Assembly (NCBI GenBank): GCA_039091855.1
Contig: JAWCLA010000018.1
Location: 1 to 13,740 of the forward strand
Direction of reading: 5' to 3'
Source of the DNA: Candidatus Aenigmatarchaeota archaeon
GTDB lineage: Archaea > Aenigmatarchaeota > Aenigmatarchaeia > QMZP01
Length of the DNA stretch: 13,740 bases
Shown here one piece after another: positions 6,203-13,740 of this stretch. Both the position numbers and the translations under genes were made by a program. A model generated the notes under the pieces. That model saw nothing but the letters and a program-made list of their open reading frames with translations, searched no databases and was not told the origin of the DNA. Each line of letters starts with the position of its first letter. Within the stretch, counting starts at the first letter, position 1.

Positions 6203-8248
6203 ATGCAGTTGGGAACTGTTACAGGAAAAACCACCACAAGGTCATTCACATTTGAGGCAGAGTCAAGGGTTAAAAAGTCTGATTATGTTGCCTTGAAGGA
6301 CCCTGAGGGCGAGTGGGTTCTTGCATCGATAGAGGGAATATCGACAGACGGGATAAGAACAAGGGCAGACGCAAAGGTGATAGGATATAGAGATAACAGG
6401 GGTTTCTTAAAGACGCCTAAGATACCATTTTCAACAGACACCCCTGTTTTTACAGCAGACGAGGATTTCATAAAGGAAACCCTCGGGCTGAGGGATTCAG
6501 GCGCTTACATAGGACTTCTAGAAGGATACAGCTTGAAGGTAAGGATACCGATAGAGAACATGGTAAAGAAGCACGTTTCTGTTCTCGCCAAGACAGGCGC
6601 GGGAAAAAGCTACCTGACGGGAGTCATAATGGAGGAGCTTGCTGAGCACAAGATACCTGTTGTTGTTATAGACCCTCACGGAGAGTATTACACGCTCCAG
6701 TTTCCAAACTCCAAGCCATCGGAAAGGAAGTTTATGCAGATGTTCGGGATTGAGCCAAAATCTTACAGGAGCAGCGTGCAGATATTTGGCTTGAGGACAG
6801 GGAAGGAGATAAGACTTAACTCAAGGCTCTCTGTCGAGGAGATATGCAACATGATGCCTGCAAAACTTCCTGCCAACCAGAAGAACCTGCTTTACACAGC
6901 GGTAAGGAACCTTGAAAACAGGGAATACTCGATATCGGACATAATTGACGAGGTGGGAAAGAGCAGGTCGCAGGCAAAGTGGGACCTGATTTCCTCTTTG
7001 GAATTTCTGATGAAAACAGGGCTTTTTTCCTCAAAGCCGACAAACCCTGAGGAAATCGTCCAGCAGGGCAAGATATCCATAATAGACCTGAAGGAAGCGA
7101 GGCCAGAAATACAGCAGATGGTAGTCCTCAAGCTTGCAGAGGACTTGTTCTCAGCAAGGAAAAGGGGAAAAATCCCGCCATTCCTTTTCGTTCTGGAGGA
7201 GGCTCACAACTTCTGCCCGGAGAGGGGATTCGGGGAAGTAGCAAGCTCAAAGATACTAAGAACGGTAGCCAGCGAGGGAAGAAAGTTCGGCATGGGGCTT
7301 ATGGTTGTTTCGCAGAGGCCAGCGAGGGTGGACAAGAACATACTCTCCCAGTGCAACACGCAGTTCATACTGAAGGTGACAAACCCAAACGACCTGAAAG
7401 CGATAGGCGACTCGGTAGAGAGCCTGGGTTCAGGCGCAAGGGATGAAATAAGGGACCTTCCTGTCGGCTCCGCAATGATAGTCGGCGTGACAGAGCATCC
7501 ACTGATAGTTGACATCCGTATAAGGAGAAGCGAACACGGTGGGGACACAGTGAAGATGCAGCAGAGGGTTGTTGAGGAGGATGAAACCCCAGAATCCATA
7601 CATTTGATGTTCCCTCCAAAAGTTTCAAAGGAAGACATAATTTCCAGATACAGGGGAATAGACGCCGTTGACCTTCTGAAATACCCAATATGGAGGGTTT
7701 TCGCTTCTGAAGGAAGGGGGCAGATGGTTTTTTACATTGACGGTATAACAGGAGAAATGGTTTACGAAAAGGGAGATTCGATAGAAAGGAGCGTTGGATT
7801 GAAAAAACTTGCTTCCATTCCTCCTGAATGTAAAAAAATCCTTGATTACCTGAAAAGACACAAGCTTTCCTCTCCCGAAAGAATGCTAAGGGAACTGAAA
7901 ATACCTAAGGCTTCTGGAAGCAAAATCCTGAGGGAAATGGAAGAACAAGGTCTAATAAAAAGGGACAGGTATATGGTTCATTCAGGCAGGATTGAAATTC
8001 CAGAGAAGCCTTTACCAATCCACAGGGAGCCTGCGGAAATCTCTTCCCACGGACTGAGCATAGAATTTTCAGTCACTCAGGATGAGATAAAGAAAATATG
8101 CTCCCTTATCGGAATGGAGTTCCAGAAGGCAGAGCCTGTGTATTATCCTTACTGGGTTATTAAGAGAAAGGGAAGGAAGACACTTGTTGATGCAATTCTG
8201 GACAGGATTGACGCAGAGGCAACTGAAACAGTTAAGGACAGGGTTTAG
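6203..8248 (+). CDS. HerA/FtsK-superfamily (DUF87) ATPase with an N-terminal HAS-barrel-like region and a C-terminal extension containing a winged HTH, 681 aa
   Basis: H.SVLAKTGAGKS (Walker A), IDPHGEY, FVLEEAHNF (Walker B), EGRKFG (Arg finger), SQRPA. SD AGGTGA at 6192-6197 precedes ATG 6203. Confidence 0.9.
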   Translation: MQLGTVTGKTTTRSFTFEAESRVKKSDYVALKDPEGEWVLASIEGISTDGIRTRADAKVIGYRDNRGFLKTPKIPFSTDTPVFTADEDFIKETLGLRDSGAYIGLLEGYSLKVRIPIENMVKKHVSVLAKTGAGKSYLTGVIMEELAEHKIPVVVIDPHGEYYTLQFPNSKPSERKFMQMFGIEPKSYRSSVQIFGLRTGKEIRLNSRLSVEEICNMMPAKLPANQKNLLYTAVRNLENREYSISDIIDEVGKSRSQAKWDLISSLEFLMKTGLFSSKPTNPEEIVQQGKISIIDLKEARPEIQQMVVLKLAEDLFSARKRGKIPPFLFVLEEAHNFCPERGFGEVASSKILRTVASEGRKFGMGLMVVSQRPARVDKNILSQCNTQFILKVTNPNDLKAIGDSVESLGSGARDEIRDLPVGSAMIVGVTEHPLIVDIRIRRSEHGGDTVKMQQRVVEEDETPESIHLMFPPKVSKEDIISRYRGIDAVDLLKYPIWRVFASEGRGQMVFYIDGITGEMVYEKGDSIERSVGLKKLASIPPECKKILDYLKRHKLSSPERMLRELKIPKASGSKILREMEEQGLIKRDRYMVHSGRIEIPEKPLPIHREPAEISSHGLSIEFSVTQDEIKKICSLIGMEFQKAEPVYYPYWVIKRKGRKTLVDAILDRIDAEATETVKDRV

Positions 8249-8610
8249 AGAATAACTGGGTAACCTGTTTCTATTCTAATATTGTAAAGCTTCTCCATAT
8301 GTTTCCTGATTATTTCCAACTCAACATAAGGGTTAATGATGCTTGTTTCTATAAGGTTCTTGCCTTTCATTCTGCATTCCTTTTTGAGCTCGTACTCAAT
8401 GTCCCTTATTCGATGTGGTTTGCCTTCTGTTGAAATTTCATTCGAAGGCTTTGCCTCAAAAAGGTCATAGGGATTGAAGCTCTCAGGAAAAATTACTTCT
8501 CTGTATACTATTGAATCATATGTCTTGCAAAAAATCACGAGATTTTTGCTTATCTTAAATGGTTCATCATCAATATAACGCGTTATTATTCCATAAATCA
8601 TCTCGGTCAT
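8245..8610 (-). CDS. Hypothetical protein, 121 aa
   Basis: ATG-started ORF that fills the gap, overlaps the HerA-like stop by 4 nt, and has protein-like composition. No motif recognised. Confidence 0.65.
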   Translation of the reverse strand: MTEMIYGIITRYIDDEPFKISKNLVIFCKTYDSIVYREVIFPESFNPYDLFEAKPSNEISTEGKPHRIRDIEYELKKECRMKGKNLIETSIINPYVELEIIRKHMEKLYNIRIETGYPVIL

Positions 8611-8638
8611 TCTAAACTTTTGGCAGATAGTTTTAAGT

Positions 8639-9088
8639 TTATATATGAATTACAAAGGCATCCCCTCTCCCCAAGCCGATTTTTTTAACAGTCCCGCCAT
8701 TCACCTCAAGAACGAATTTAGCTGGACTGTCAGGAGTTATTAATGGGCACTCCTTTCCACAAGGCTGAGCGTTCTCCTTTATGAAAACCACTGTGCCATT
8801 AGAATCCATCCATATTATGTCAAGAGGTATAAGTGTGTTTTTCATCCAGAAGGAATATGTTCCCTCACTCTCAAAAACAAACAGCATCCCGCTTTCTTTC
8901 GGCAAGGACTCCCTGAACATAAGGCCCCTTGAACGCTCTTCGGGAGTGAGAGCAAGCTCAACGTAAAAACAGGTGTTATTGAAGCAGACAGTTTTCTGTC
9001 CTGCATTGTTTTTCAAATATCCCGGAAGAAACCCAAAAACCAGGAAAAAGGAAATGATAATTGATATTACCAAAGGCAGCGTTTTCAT
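8639..9088 (-). CDS. DUF192 family protein with an N-terminal signal or anchor, 149 aa
   Basis: VELALTPEERSRGLMFR..L....GMLFVF, FWMKNTLIPLDIIW and AKFVLEVNGG, plus a hydrophobic N-terminus. Confidence 0.93.
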   Translation of the reverse strand: MKTLPLVISIIISFFLVFGFLPGYLKNNAGQKTVCFNNTCFYVELALTPEERSRGLMFRESLPKESGMLFVFESEGTYSFWMKNTLIPLDIIWMDSNGTVVFIKENAQPCGKECPLITPDSPAKFVLEVNGGTVKKIGLGRGDAFVIHI

Positions 9089-9128
9089 AAAAAAATAGTT
9101 TGGAATGAGAAATAAATATGGAAGTTTG

Positions 9129-9491
9129 TTATTGTAAATTCTCTGAAAGCCTTGAATTCAGGTATTGCACCTTTTCATTGGCATTATCCCAAACAGAAGC
9201 TATTTTTTTCCAAACCTCTTTCTTTTGTTTCTTCTCAAAATGGGTTTTATTTATATAGTCTTTGATTCTATCAATCTGACCAATCTCATCTTGGAAAATG
9301 CACACATCCCCCAAACTTTCCATCGTGTCACTGATTGTATTCCTGAGGATTTCCAAATGAGCCAAAGTATATGCCTTAATTGGATTATGTCCAGCAACTT
9401 CCAAACAATCAGTTATGTAAGATTCTTCCAACTGAGCGTACTTCCTTCTATTTTCTTCGAAAATCTTGAAAGGATTTTTAATATAAGACAT
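9129..9491 (-). CDS. Hypothetical helical protein, 120 aa
   Basis: ATG start with GGTGA SD upstream and a TTTATAAA TATA box near 9525-9532 (- strand). No motif recognised. Confidence 0.7.
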   Translation of the reverse strand: MSYIKNPFKIFEENRRKYAQLEESYITDCLEVAGHNPIKAYTLAHLEILRNTISDTMESLGDVCIFQDEIGQIDRIKDYINKTHFEKKQKKEVWKKIASVWDNANEKVQYLNSRLSENLQ

Positions 9492-9571
9492 ATTCTCACC
9501 TTTTACAACTAATAAGTAGTTATATTTATAAAGTTTTCGGTTAAGATAGTTGCAGGCATTTTGTCAAAATC

Positions 9572-9706
9572 TCAGAATATAGGCTCTCTTATATGCCTTT
9601 TATCCCCAGTTCTTGCCAAATTCTCAAATTCCCTCTGTATGTTAGGGGCAGCATATGCTTTCTCTTGAATCGTTAAAAGAAGCAGCAAGGCAGGAAATTT
9701 TGACAT
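9572..9706 (-). CDS. Possible small protein (44 aa, MSKFPALLLLLTIQEKAYAAPNIQREFENLARTGDKRHIREPIF) or gene remnant
   Basis: ATG 9706 to TGA 9572, in an otherwise empty 260-nt gap and co-oriented with its neighbours. Too short to appear in the ORF track. Confidence 0.3.
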   Translation of the reverse strand: MSKFPALLLLLTIQEKAYAAPNIQREFENLARTGDKRHIREPIF

Positions 9707-9750
9707 AATAATTATTTGTGATAGAAATAATAAATAATCCATACAGCCTT

Positions 9751-11208
9751 TTACTTTCCAACAATCTTCAATATTACCTTTCTTATTTCCTGCGCGTCAA
9801 CAGAGCCCCCTGTTTCCTTTATGCAAAGCCCTATTAGAAAGTGCAAAGCCTTTTCTTCCCCTGACTTGTAGTCATTAACCGCCTTCTTGTTCTTTTCCAA
9901 AACTGACATTATTTTCTGCTCGATTTCGTCCGAAACACCGAGCACCTTTCTCGGTATCTTGTGCCTTTCCATCACCACTTCCGGTGGCAGCCTGTCCTCA
10001 ACCACCTTCCTGATAACGAGTTCAGCATTCCTGTCCGTAAGCTCCCCGGACTCAAACATCTTTAGAAGGGAAACAATCCACCCTTCCTTCAACCCCGAGT
10101 CCTTCCACCTGATTCCATTGTAGTTAAGGGTTTTTTTCAGGTAGCCTGCAATCCAGGAAGCGGCAAGCTTCGGCTGGATTTTTTTAGCAACTTCCTCAAA
10201 AAGGTTCGCTATGTCCAATTCTGAAACAAGCGACTCAGCAAGCTTCTCCGATATTTCGTATTTTTCCAGGAACCTCTGGTATTTCTGGTCAGGTAGCTCG
10301 GGTATTTGTGCCTTGGCTTTCCCAATCCATTCATTTGCTATCTCTATTGATGTCAGGTCTGGCTCGAATATGTATCCGTAATCCTCCTCTGTCTCCTTTT
10401 CCCTTAGCGCTTGCGTTGCCTGAATCTCAGGGTTCCACATCCTTGTTGATTGCGAAACCGCCTCGCCTTTTTTCAGCAGGTTAGACTGCCTTATGATCTC
10501 GTATTTCAGGGCGTTCTCTATCTCTTTCGTCCCTGTTATGTTCTTTATCTCAACCCTTTCCCCTCCCTTTATTGATATGTTTGCATCCGACTTGAACACG
10601 GCTTTTGAATTAGAATCGTAAACCCCGAGATACTCAAGAACCATAGAGAGCTTGTTAAGGAAAGCCCTTGCCTCCTCCGGGCTCTCGAAGTCGGGTTCTG
10701 TGACAATCTCTATCAGAGGAATCCCTGACCTGTTGTAATCAACCAAAACATACTTCCCACCAATTCCTCCTATGTGTATAAGCTTTGCAGGGTCCTCTTC
10801 CATATGCAGCCTTTTAAGCCGGATCCTCTTTACCTTTCCGTCAAGGCTTATGTCCATCCAACCGCCAGTTGCCAAAGGGATTTCATACTGGGAAATCTGG
10901 AAGTTCTTTGACATGTCAGGGTAGAAGTATGTCTTCCTTGAAAAGTAGGTTTCCTTCGCTATCCTGCAATTAAGCGCAAGAGCGACCTTTATTGCAGAAT
11001 GAACAACCGCCTCGTTTGCCCTCGGCTTTGAGCCTGGCAGCCCGAGGCAGGTTTCGCAGGTAACTGTGTTTGGCTCGGGCTCCTCGGAAAGGTTTACTGG
11101 GTTTCTGCAGCCGCAAAACATTTTGGACTGAGTATTTAATTGCACATGGGTTTCCAGCCCTATCTTCACCTTCGGCTTTTCTGGGTTTTCCAGGTCGAGC
11201 ATTTTCAT
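9751..11208 (-). CDS. gatB: Asp-tRNA(Asn)/Glu-tRNA(Gln) amidotransferase subunit B, about 485 aa
   Basis: KIGLETHVQL..KMFC, CLGLPGSKP, SRKTYFYPDMSKNFQISQY, HMEEDPAK, DYNRSGIPLIEIVTEPD, RVEIKNI and a YqeY-like tail. Too short for GatE, with no AspRS-like insert. Confidence 0.96.
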   Translation of the reverse strand: MKMLDLENPEKPKVKIGLETHVQLNTQSKMFCGCRNPVNLSEEPEPNTVTCETCLGLPGSKPRANEAVVHSAIKVALALNCRIAKETYFSRKTYFYPDMSKNFQISQYEIPLATGGWMDISLDGKVKRIRLKRLHMEEDPAKLIHIGGIGGKYVLVDYNRSGIPLIEIVTEPDFESPEEARAFLNKLSMVLEYLGVYDSNSKAVFKSDANISIKGGERVEIKNITGTKEIENALKYEIIRQSNLLKKGEAVSQSTRMWNPEIQATQALREKETEEDYGYIFEPDLTSIEIANEWIGKAKAQIPELPDQKYQRFLEKYEISEKLAESLVSELDIANLFEEVAKKIQPKLAASWIAGYLKKTLNYNGIRWKDSGLKEGWIVSLLKMFESGELTDRNAELVIRKVVEDRLPPEVVMERHKIPRKVLGVSDEIEQKIMSVLEKNKKAVNDYKSGEEKALHFLIGLCIKETGGSVDAQEIRKVILKIVGK

Positions 11209-11293
11209 AAAATATACCTTTTTAAACAACCAGTTCAAAACCAATCTATTTTGCGCAATTGAGAATTGTGTTGGATACTTAAATTAATTAAAT

Positions 11294-11563
11294 GTGTCAT
11301 TTCAGTTTGGTCATTCTCAGCAGCCCTGAGAGGCGAAGCCTTGTATTCTTTCAGGACTATGAGAAGCAGATATTCCTTTATTGGCTGTCGGTGGCCAAAC
11401 TCTCCTATTACTCTTTATGTCAGGCAGCAGTTCCTTCAAAGAATCAACTATAACGCTTATATTTCCCAAGATGCTATTCCATCTTGGGATGAGAGTAGAC
11501 CTCATCCCGTTCATTGTAACACCCTCTATATAATATTGTTGAGGGGATTAATTAGACACGCTC
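11294..11563 (-). pseudogene. Possible decayed IS remnant: frameshifted, truncated transposase-like N-terminus
   Basis: - strand frame 1 reads MRSTLIPRWNSILGNISVIVDSLKELLPDIKSNRR; a +1 shift near 11390 continues as GHRQPIKEYLLLIVLKEYKASPLRAAEND, which resembles the helical N-terminus of archaeal DDE transposases. SD GAGGGTG upstream. Candidate end GAGCGTGTC at 11563-11555. Family assignment is recognition only. Confidence 0.4.
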
Positions 11564-12643
11564 ATGACCATAGAGGAGCAAATCAGGAAAATAGAGGAGG
11601 AGCTTGCAAGAACGCAATACAACAAGCACACGCAGTTTCACATAGGGCAGCTCAAGGCAAGGCTTGCAAGACTGAGAGCAGAGCAGGAGGAAAGGTCAAA
11701 GGGGAAATCAGGCAAAGGATACTCTGTGAAAAAGTCAGGGGATGCGACAGTGCTGCTTGTTGGATTTCCTTCTGTTGGGAAGTCAACCCTGATTAACAAG
11801 ATCACAAGGGTGGAGTCAAAGGTCGGGGATTACGATTTCACCACTCTCAACATAGTTCCGGGAATGATGGAATACAACGGCGCCAGGATACAGGTTCTGG
11901 ATATGCCCGGGATAATAGAGGGGGCAAGTTCAGGGAAAGGTTTAGGGAGGCAGGTTCTTTCCGCCGTGAGGAATGCTGATTTGATAGTGGTTATGGTGGA
12001 CGTGAAGAGGGTTAAACAGGCAGGTACAATAAAAAGTGAGCTTTATGAGGCAGGATTCAGGCTTAACCAGAAGCCGCCTGATGTCAGGATAACAAAGAAG
12101 AACAAAGGTGGGATAGAGGTAATATCAACATTAAAGCTGAAATGCATTTCCAGGGACGAGATAAGGGCTGTGTTGGAACAGTTTGGCATACATAACGCAG
12201 AAGTCCTGATAAGGGAAAACATAACAACCGAGCAGCTCATAGACTGCCTTATGAGAAACAGGGTTTACGTGCCTGCGATTTTTGTCGTGAACAAGATTGA
12301 TTCCGCCTCTCAGGAAGAGATCCAAAACCTCCCTGATGGCTTCATCCCTATATCAGCTGAAAAATCCAAGGGAATAGAGGAGCTAAAGAAAGCCATATGG
12401 GAAAAGCTCGGGCTTGTCAGGATATACCTGAAGAAGACAGGCAGGGAGCCTGACATGAAGGAACCTTTGATAATGAGGGGAGAACCAACCGTTATGGAAG
12501 TTTGCGAGAGGATACACAAGGAGTTTGCAAGGAATTTCAGGTTTGCAAGGGTGTGGGGAAGAAGCGCAAAGTTTCCCGGGCAAAAAGTTGGCGGGGATCA
12601 CAAGCTTGCGGACGGGGATGTCGTTGAACTTCATATCTGTTAA
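11564..12643 (+). CDS. DRG/Rbg1-type OBG-family GTPase with a TGS domain, 359 aa
   Basis: TQYNK.T..HIG.LKARLARL, GFPSVGKST (G1), YDFTT (G2), DMPG (G3), NKID (G4), ISA (G5), and C-terminal ARVWGRSAKFPGQKVG..H.L.DGDVVE (TGS). Confidence 0.96.
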   Translation: MTIEEQIRKIEEELARTQYNKHTQFHIGQLKARLARLRAEQEERSKGKSGKGYSVKKSGDATVLLVGFPSVGKSTLINKITRVESKVGDYDFTTLNIVPGMMEYNGARIQVLDMPGIIEGASSGKGLGRQVLSAVRNADLIVVMVDVKRVKQAGTIKSELYEAGFRLNQKPPDVRITKKNKGGIEVISTLKLKCISRDEIRAVLEQFGIHNAEVLIRENITTEQLIDCLMRNRVYVPAIFVVNKIDSASQEEIQNLPDGFIPISAEKSKGIEELKKAIWEKLGLVRIYLKKTGREPDMKEPLIMRGEPTVMEVCERIHKEFARNFRFARVWGRSAKFPGQKVGGDHKLADGDVVELHIC

Positions 12644-12722
12644 GTTGTAGGTTTAATAAATCTGAATGTCAGAGGAAAAACAAACTATAAATTATAAATA
12701 ATTTTATGGAGAAAATAATTCT

Positions 12723-12959
12723 ATGGACGAAATCAGGCTTAGAAGGTTTGGCACGTCCTTGCAGGTGATACTTCCCTTTCCTGAAAAAAGCGTCTGGTTT
12801 GCAAACACAGGAGATGCAGTGTCATACCTGACAGATTATTACAAGAAGTTTAATTCTGGCTTTCCAAAAAAGGAGCTTTCGCTGAGGATTGAACTTTATG
12901 GAGCGGACAGCAAGCATATGAGGGAAGCGCTTGGAAAACTTTACAAAATAGTTGATTAG
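12723..12959 (+). CDS. Hypothetical protein, 78 aa
   Basis: ATG with TTATAAAT and GGAG upstream; fills the gap. No motif recognised. Confidence 0.6.
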   Translation: MDEIRLRRFGTSLQVILPFPEKSVWFANTGDAVSYLTDYYKKFNSGFPKKELSLRIELYGADSKHMREALGKLYKIVD

Positions 12960-12996
12960 GTTATAAATCCCATAGGCAATCTACTTTTGTGGAAGT

Positions 12997-13230
12997 ATGT
13001 CCGGACCTGCGGAAAGCAAGATAGAGATAAAGGGAGTCAAGGTTTATCTGCACAAGAAGGACCCTTTAACCAGGAGCCGAATCCTGCACATAGACATAGA
13101 GAGCCCTGTGCTGAACAAAATCATAAAGGATGGAGAATCAACTTACTGTGCGGGAAAGCCCGGCGGGGTTTTCATAGGCTTAAGAAAGGAAATGCTCAAG
13201 AGGGCGGAGGATTTGCTGAAGGAGAAGTGA
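12997..13230 (+). CDS. Hypothetical protein, 77 aa
   Basis: ATG with TTATAAAT at 12961-12968. Globular-looking beta-rich sequence (RILHIDIES, YCAGKPGGVFIGL) ending 1 nt from the convergent gene. Confidence 0.75.
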   Translation: MSGPAESKIEIKGVKVYLHKKDPLTRSRILHIDIESPVLNKIIKDGESTYCAGKPGGVFIGLRKEMLKRAEDLLKEK

Positions 13231-13231
13231 T

Positions 13232-13465
13232 TCAATAGTCCCCAATTCCGTGAATTTTTATAAAAGTGTTATAAAGATCTCTTGCCTTTTCCTCCCTTCC
13301 GATTTTCCTGTATATGTCAGCCGCTGTTATCAAAAAACCTAAATCCTCAATCTCTTTGGCTATGCTCTCAGCCTTTTCATAATCACGGCTGTTCAAGCAA
13401 GAAACAGCCTCCCTTTTAAGGGATGAAACCATCTTCAATGTCCTTTCAATTTTTTTGTAATCCAT
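13232..13465 (-). CDS. Small TPR-like helical protein, 77 aa
   Basis: Start reassigned to ATG 13465 (MDYKKIER). DYEKAESIAKE..DLG....AADIYRKIGREEKARDLY follows a TPR-like pattern. Confidence 0.65.
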   Translation of the reverse strand: MDYKKIERTLKMVSSLKREAVSCLNSRDYEKAESIAKEIEDLGFLITAADIYRKIGREEKARDLYNTFIKIHGIGDY

Positions 13466-13496
13466 AGTAATTTTTTTGAAAAAAATTAACAAAATT

Positions 13497-13739
13497 TCAG
13501 TTCAGAAAATCCTTTGCTTTGAATACTGAACAGACATACTTCTCTGTTACGGCTTTTTCATATTCCTTGCTGCCCTTTGAACGCAGGCATAATGCATGCT
13601 CAGCCAATGCTGTTTTGTATTCCCTCTCCATTCCAAGCCTCCTGTAATGGAGGGCTTCATTCAGATGATAACCATTCGCACAAAGCTCCTTTGCCAAAGG
13701 TATTATCAGACTTTTAGCCCTTTCAACAAGCTCTGTGTC
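13497..13739 (-). CDS. TPR-like helical protein, 5'-truncated by the window edge
   Basis: Frame stays open to the window end (DTELVERAKSLIIPLAKELCANG...) and contains A.HYRRLGMEREY. Confidence 0.6.
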   Translation of the reverse strand, partial: DTELVERAKSLIIPLAKELCANGYHLNEALHYRRLGMEREYKTALAEHALCLRSKGSKEYEKAVTEKYVCSVFKAKDFLN

Positions 13740-13740
13740 G

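Noticed and set aside
3823-7861. - strand ORFs inside ftsZ, the PspC-domain gene and the HerA-like gene (e.g. 3823-4518, 7204-7638)
   Set aside because: Antisense shadows with Ser/Pro-rich, non-protein-like composition.
5061-9750. Integrated element using tRNA-Arg as attachment site
   Set aside because: No integrase and no duplicated tRNA 3' end seen in the window.
9751-11208. GatE, or significance of gatB lacking adjacent gatA/gatC
   Set aside because: Length and lack of the AspRS-like insertion indicate GatB, and dispersed gat genes are ordinary in archaea.
11266-11796. 176-aa + strand ORF
   Set aside because: Overlaps the DRG GTPase out of frame, has a TTG start and no recognisable features.
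12987-13238. 83-aa alternative-frame ORF
   Set aside because: Overlaps the better-supported ATG-started ORF 12997-13230.

Overview
Archaeal chromosomal window, mostly housekeeping genes. Evidence for archaea: aIF-2beta, archease, a DRG GTPase, TATA-box promoters and a BHB-intron tRNA. The compact layout and short orphan ORFs suggest a DPANN-like lineage, which is inference only. Gene order: archease(+), rtcB(-), SplB-like radical SAM(+), aIF-2beta(-), a 390-nt structured intergenic region, ftsZ (FtsZ2-like)(+), tRNA-Arg(UCG)(-), PspC-domain membrane protein(+), HerA/DUF87 ATPase with a C-terminal wHTH extension(+), orphan(-), DUF192(-), orphan(-), gatB(-), possible frameshifted IS remnant(-), DRG GTPase(+), then four small ORFs. 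The most notable items are not in the ORF track: (1) a tRNA-Arg interrupted at two non-canonical sites (D-loop, and T-loop 59/60), about 3 kb from rtcB and archease; (2) a multi-hairpin element upstream of ftsZ with unpaired G5 runs; (3) a 36-nt palindromic tandem duplication over the tRNA promoter; (4) a PspC plus HerA-wHTH gene pair with no NurA. All assignments come from motif recognition by eye; no searches were run.
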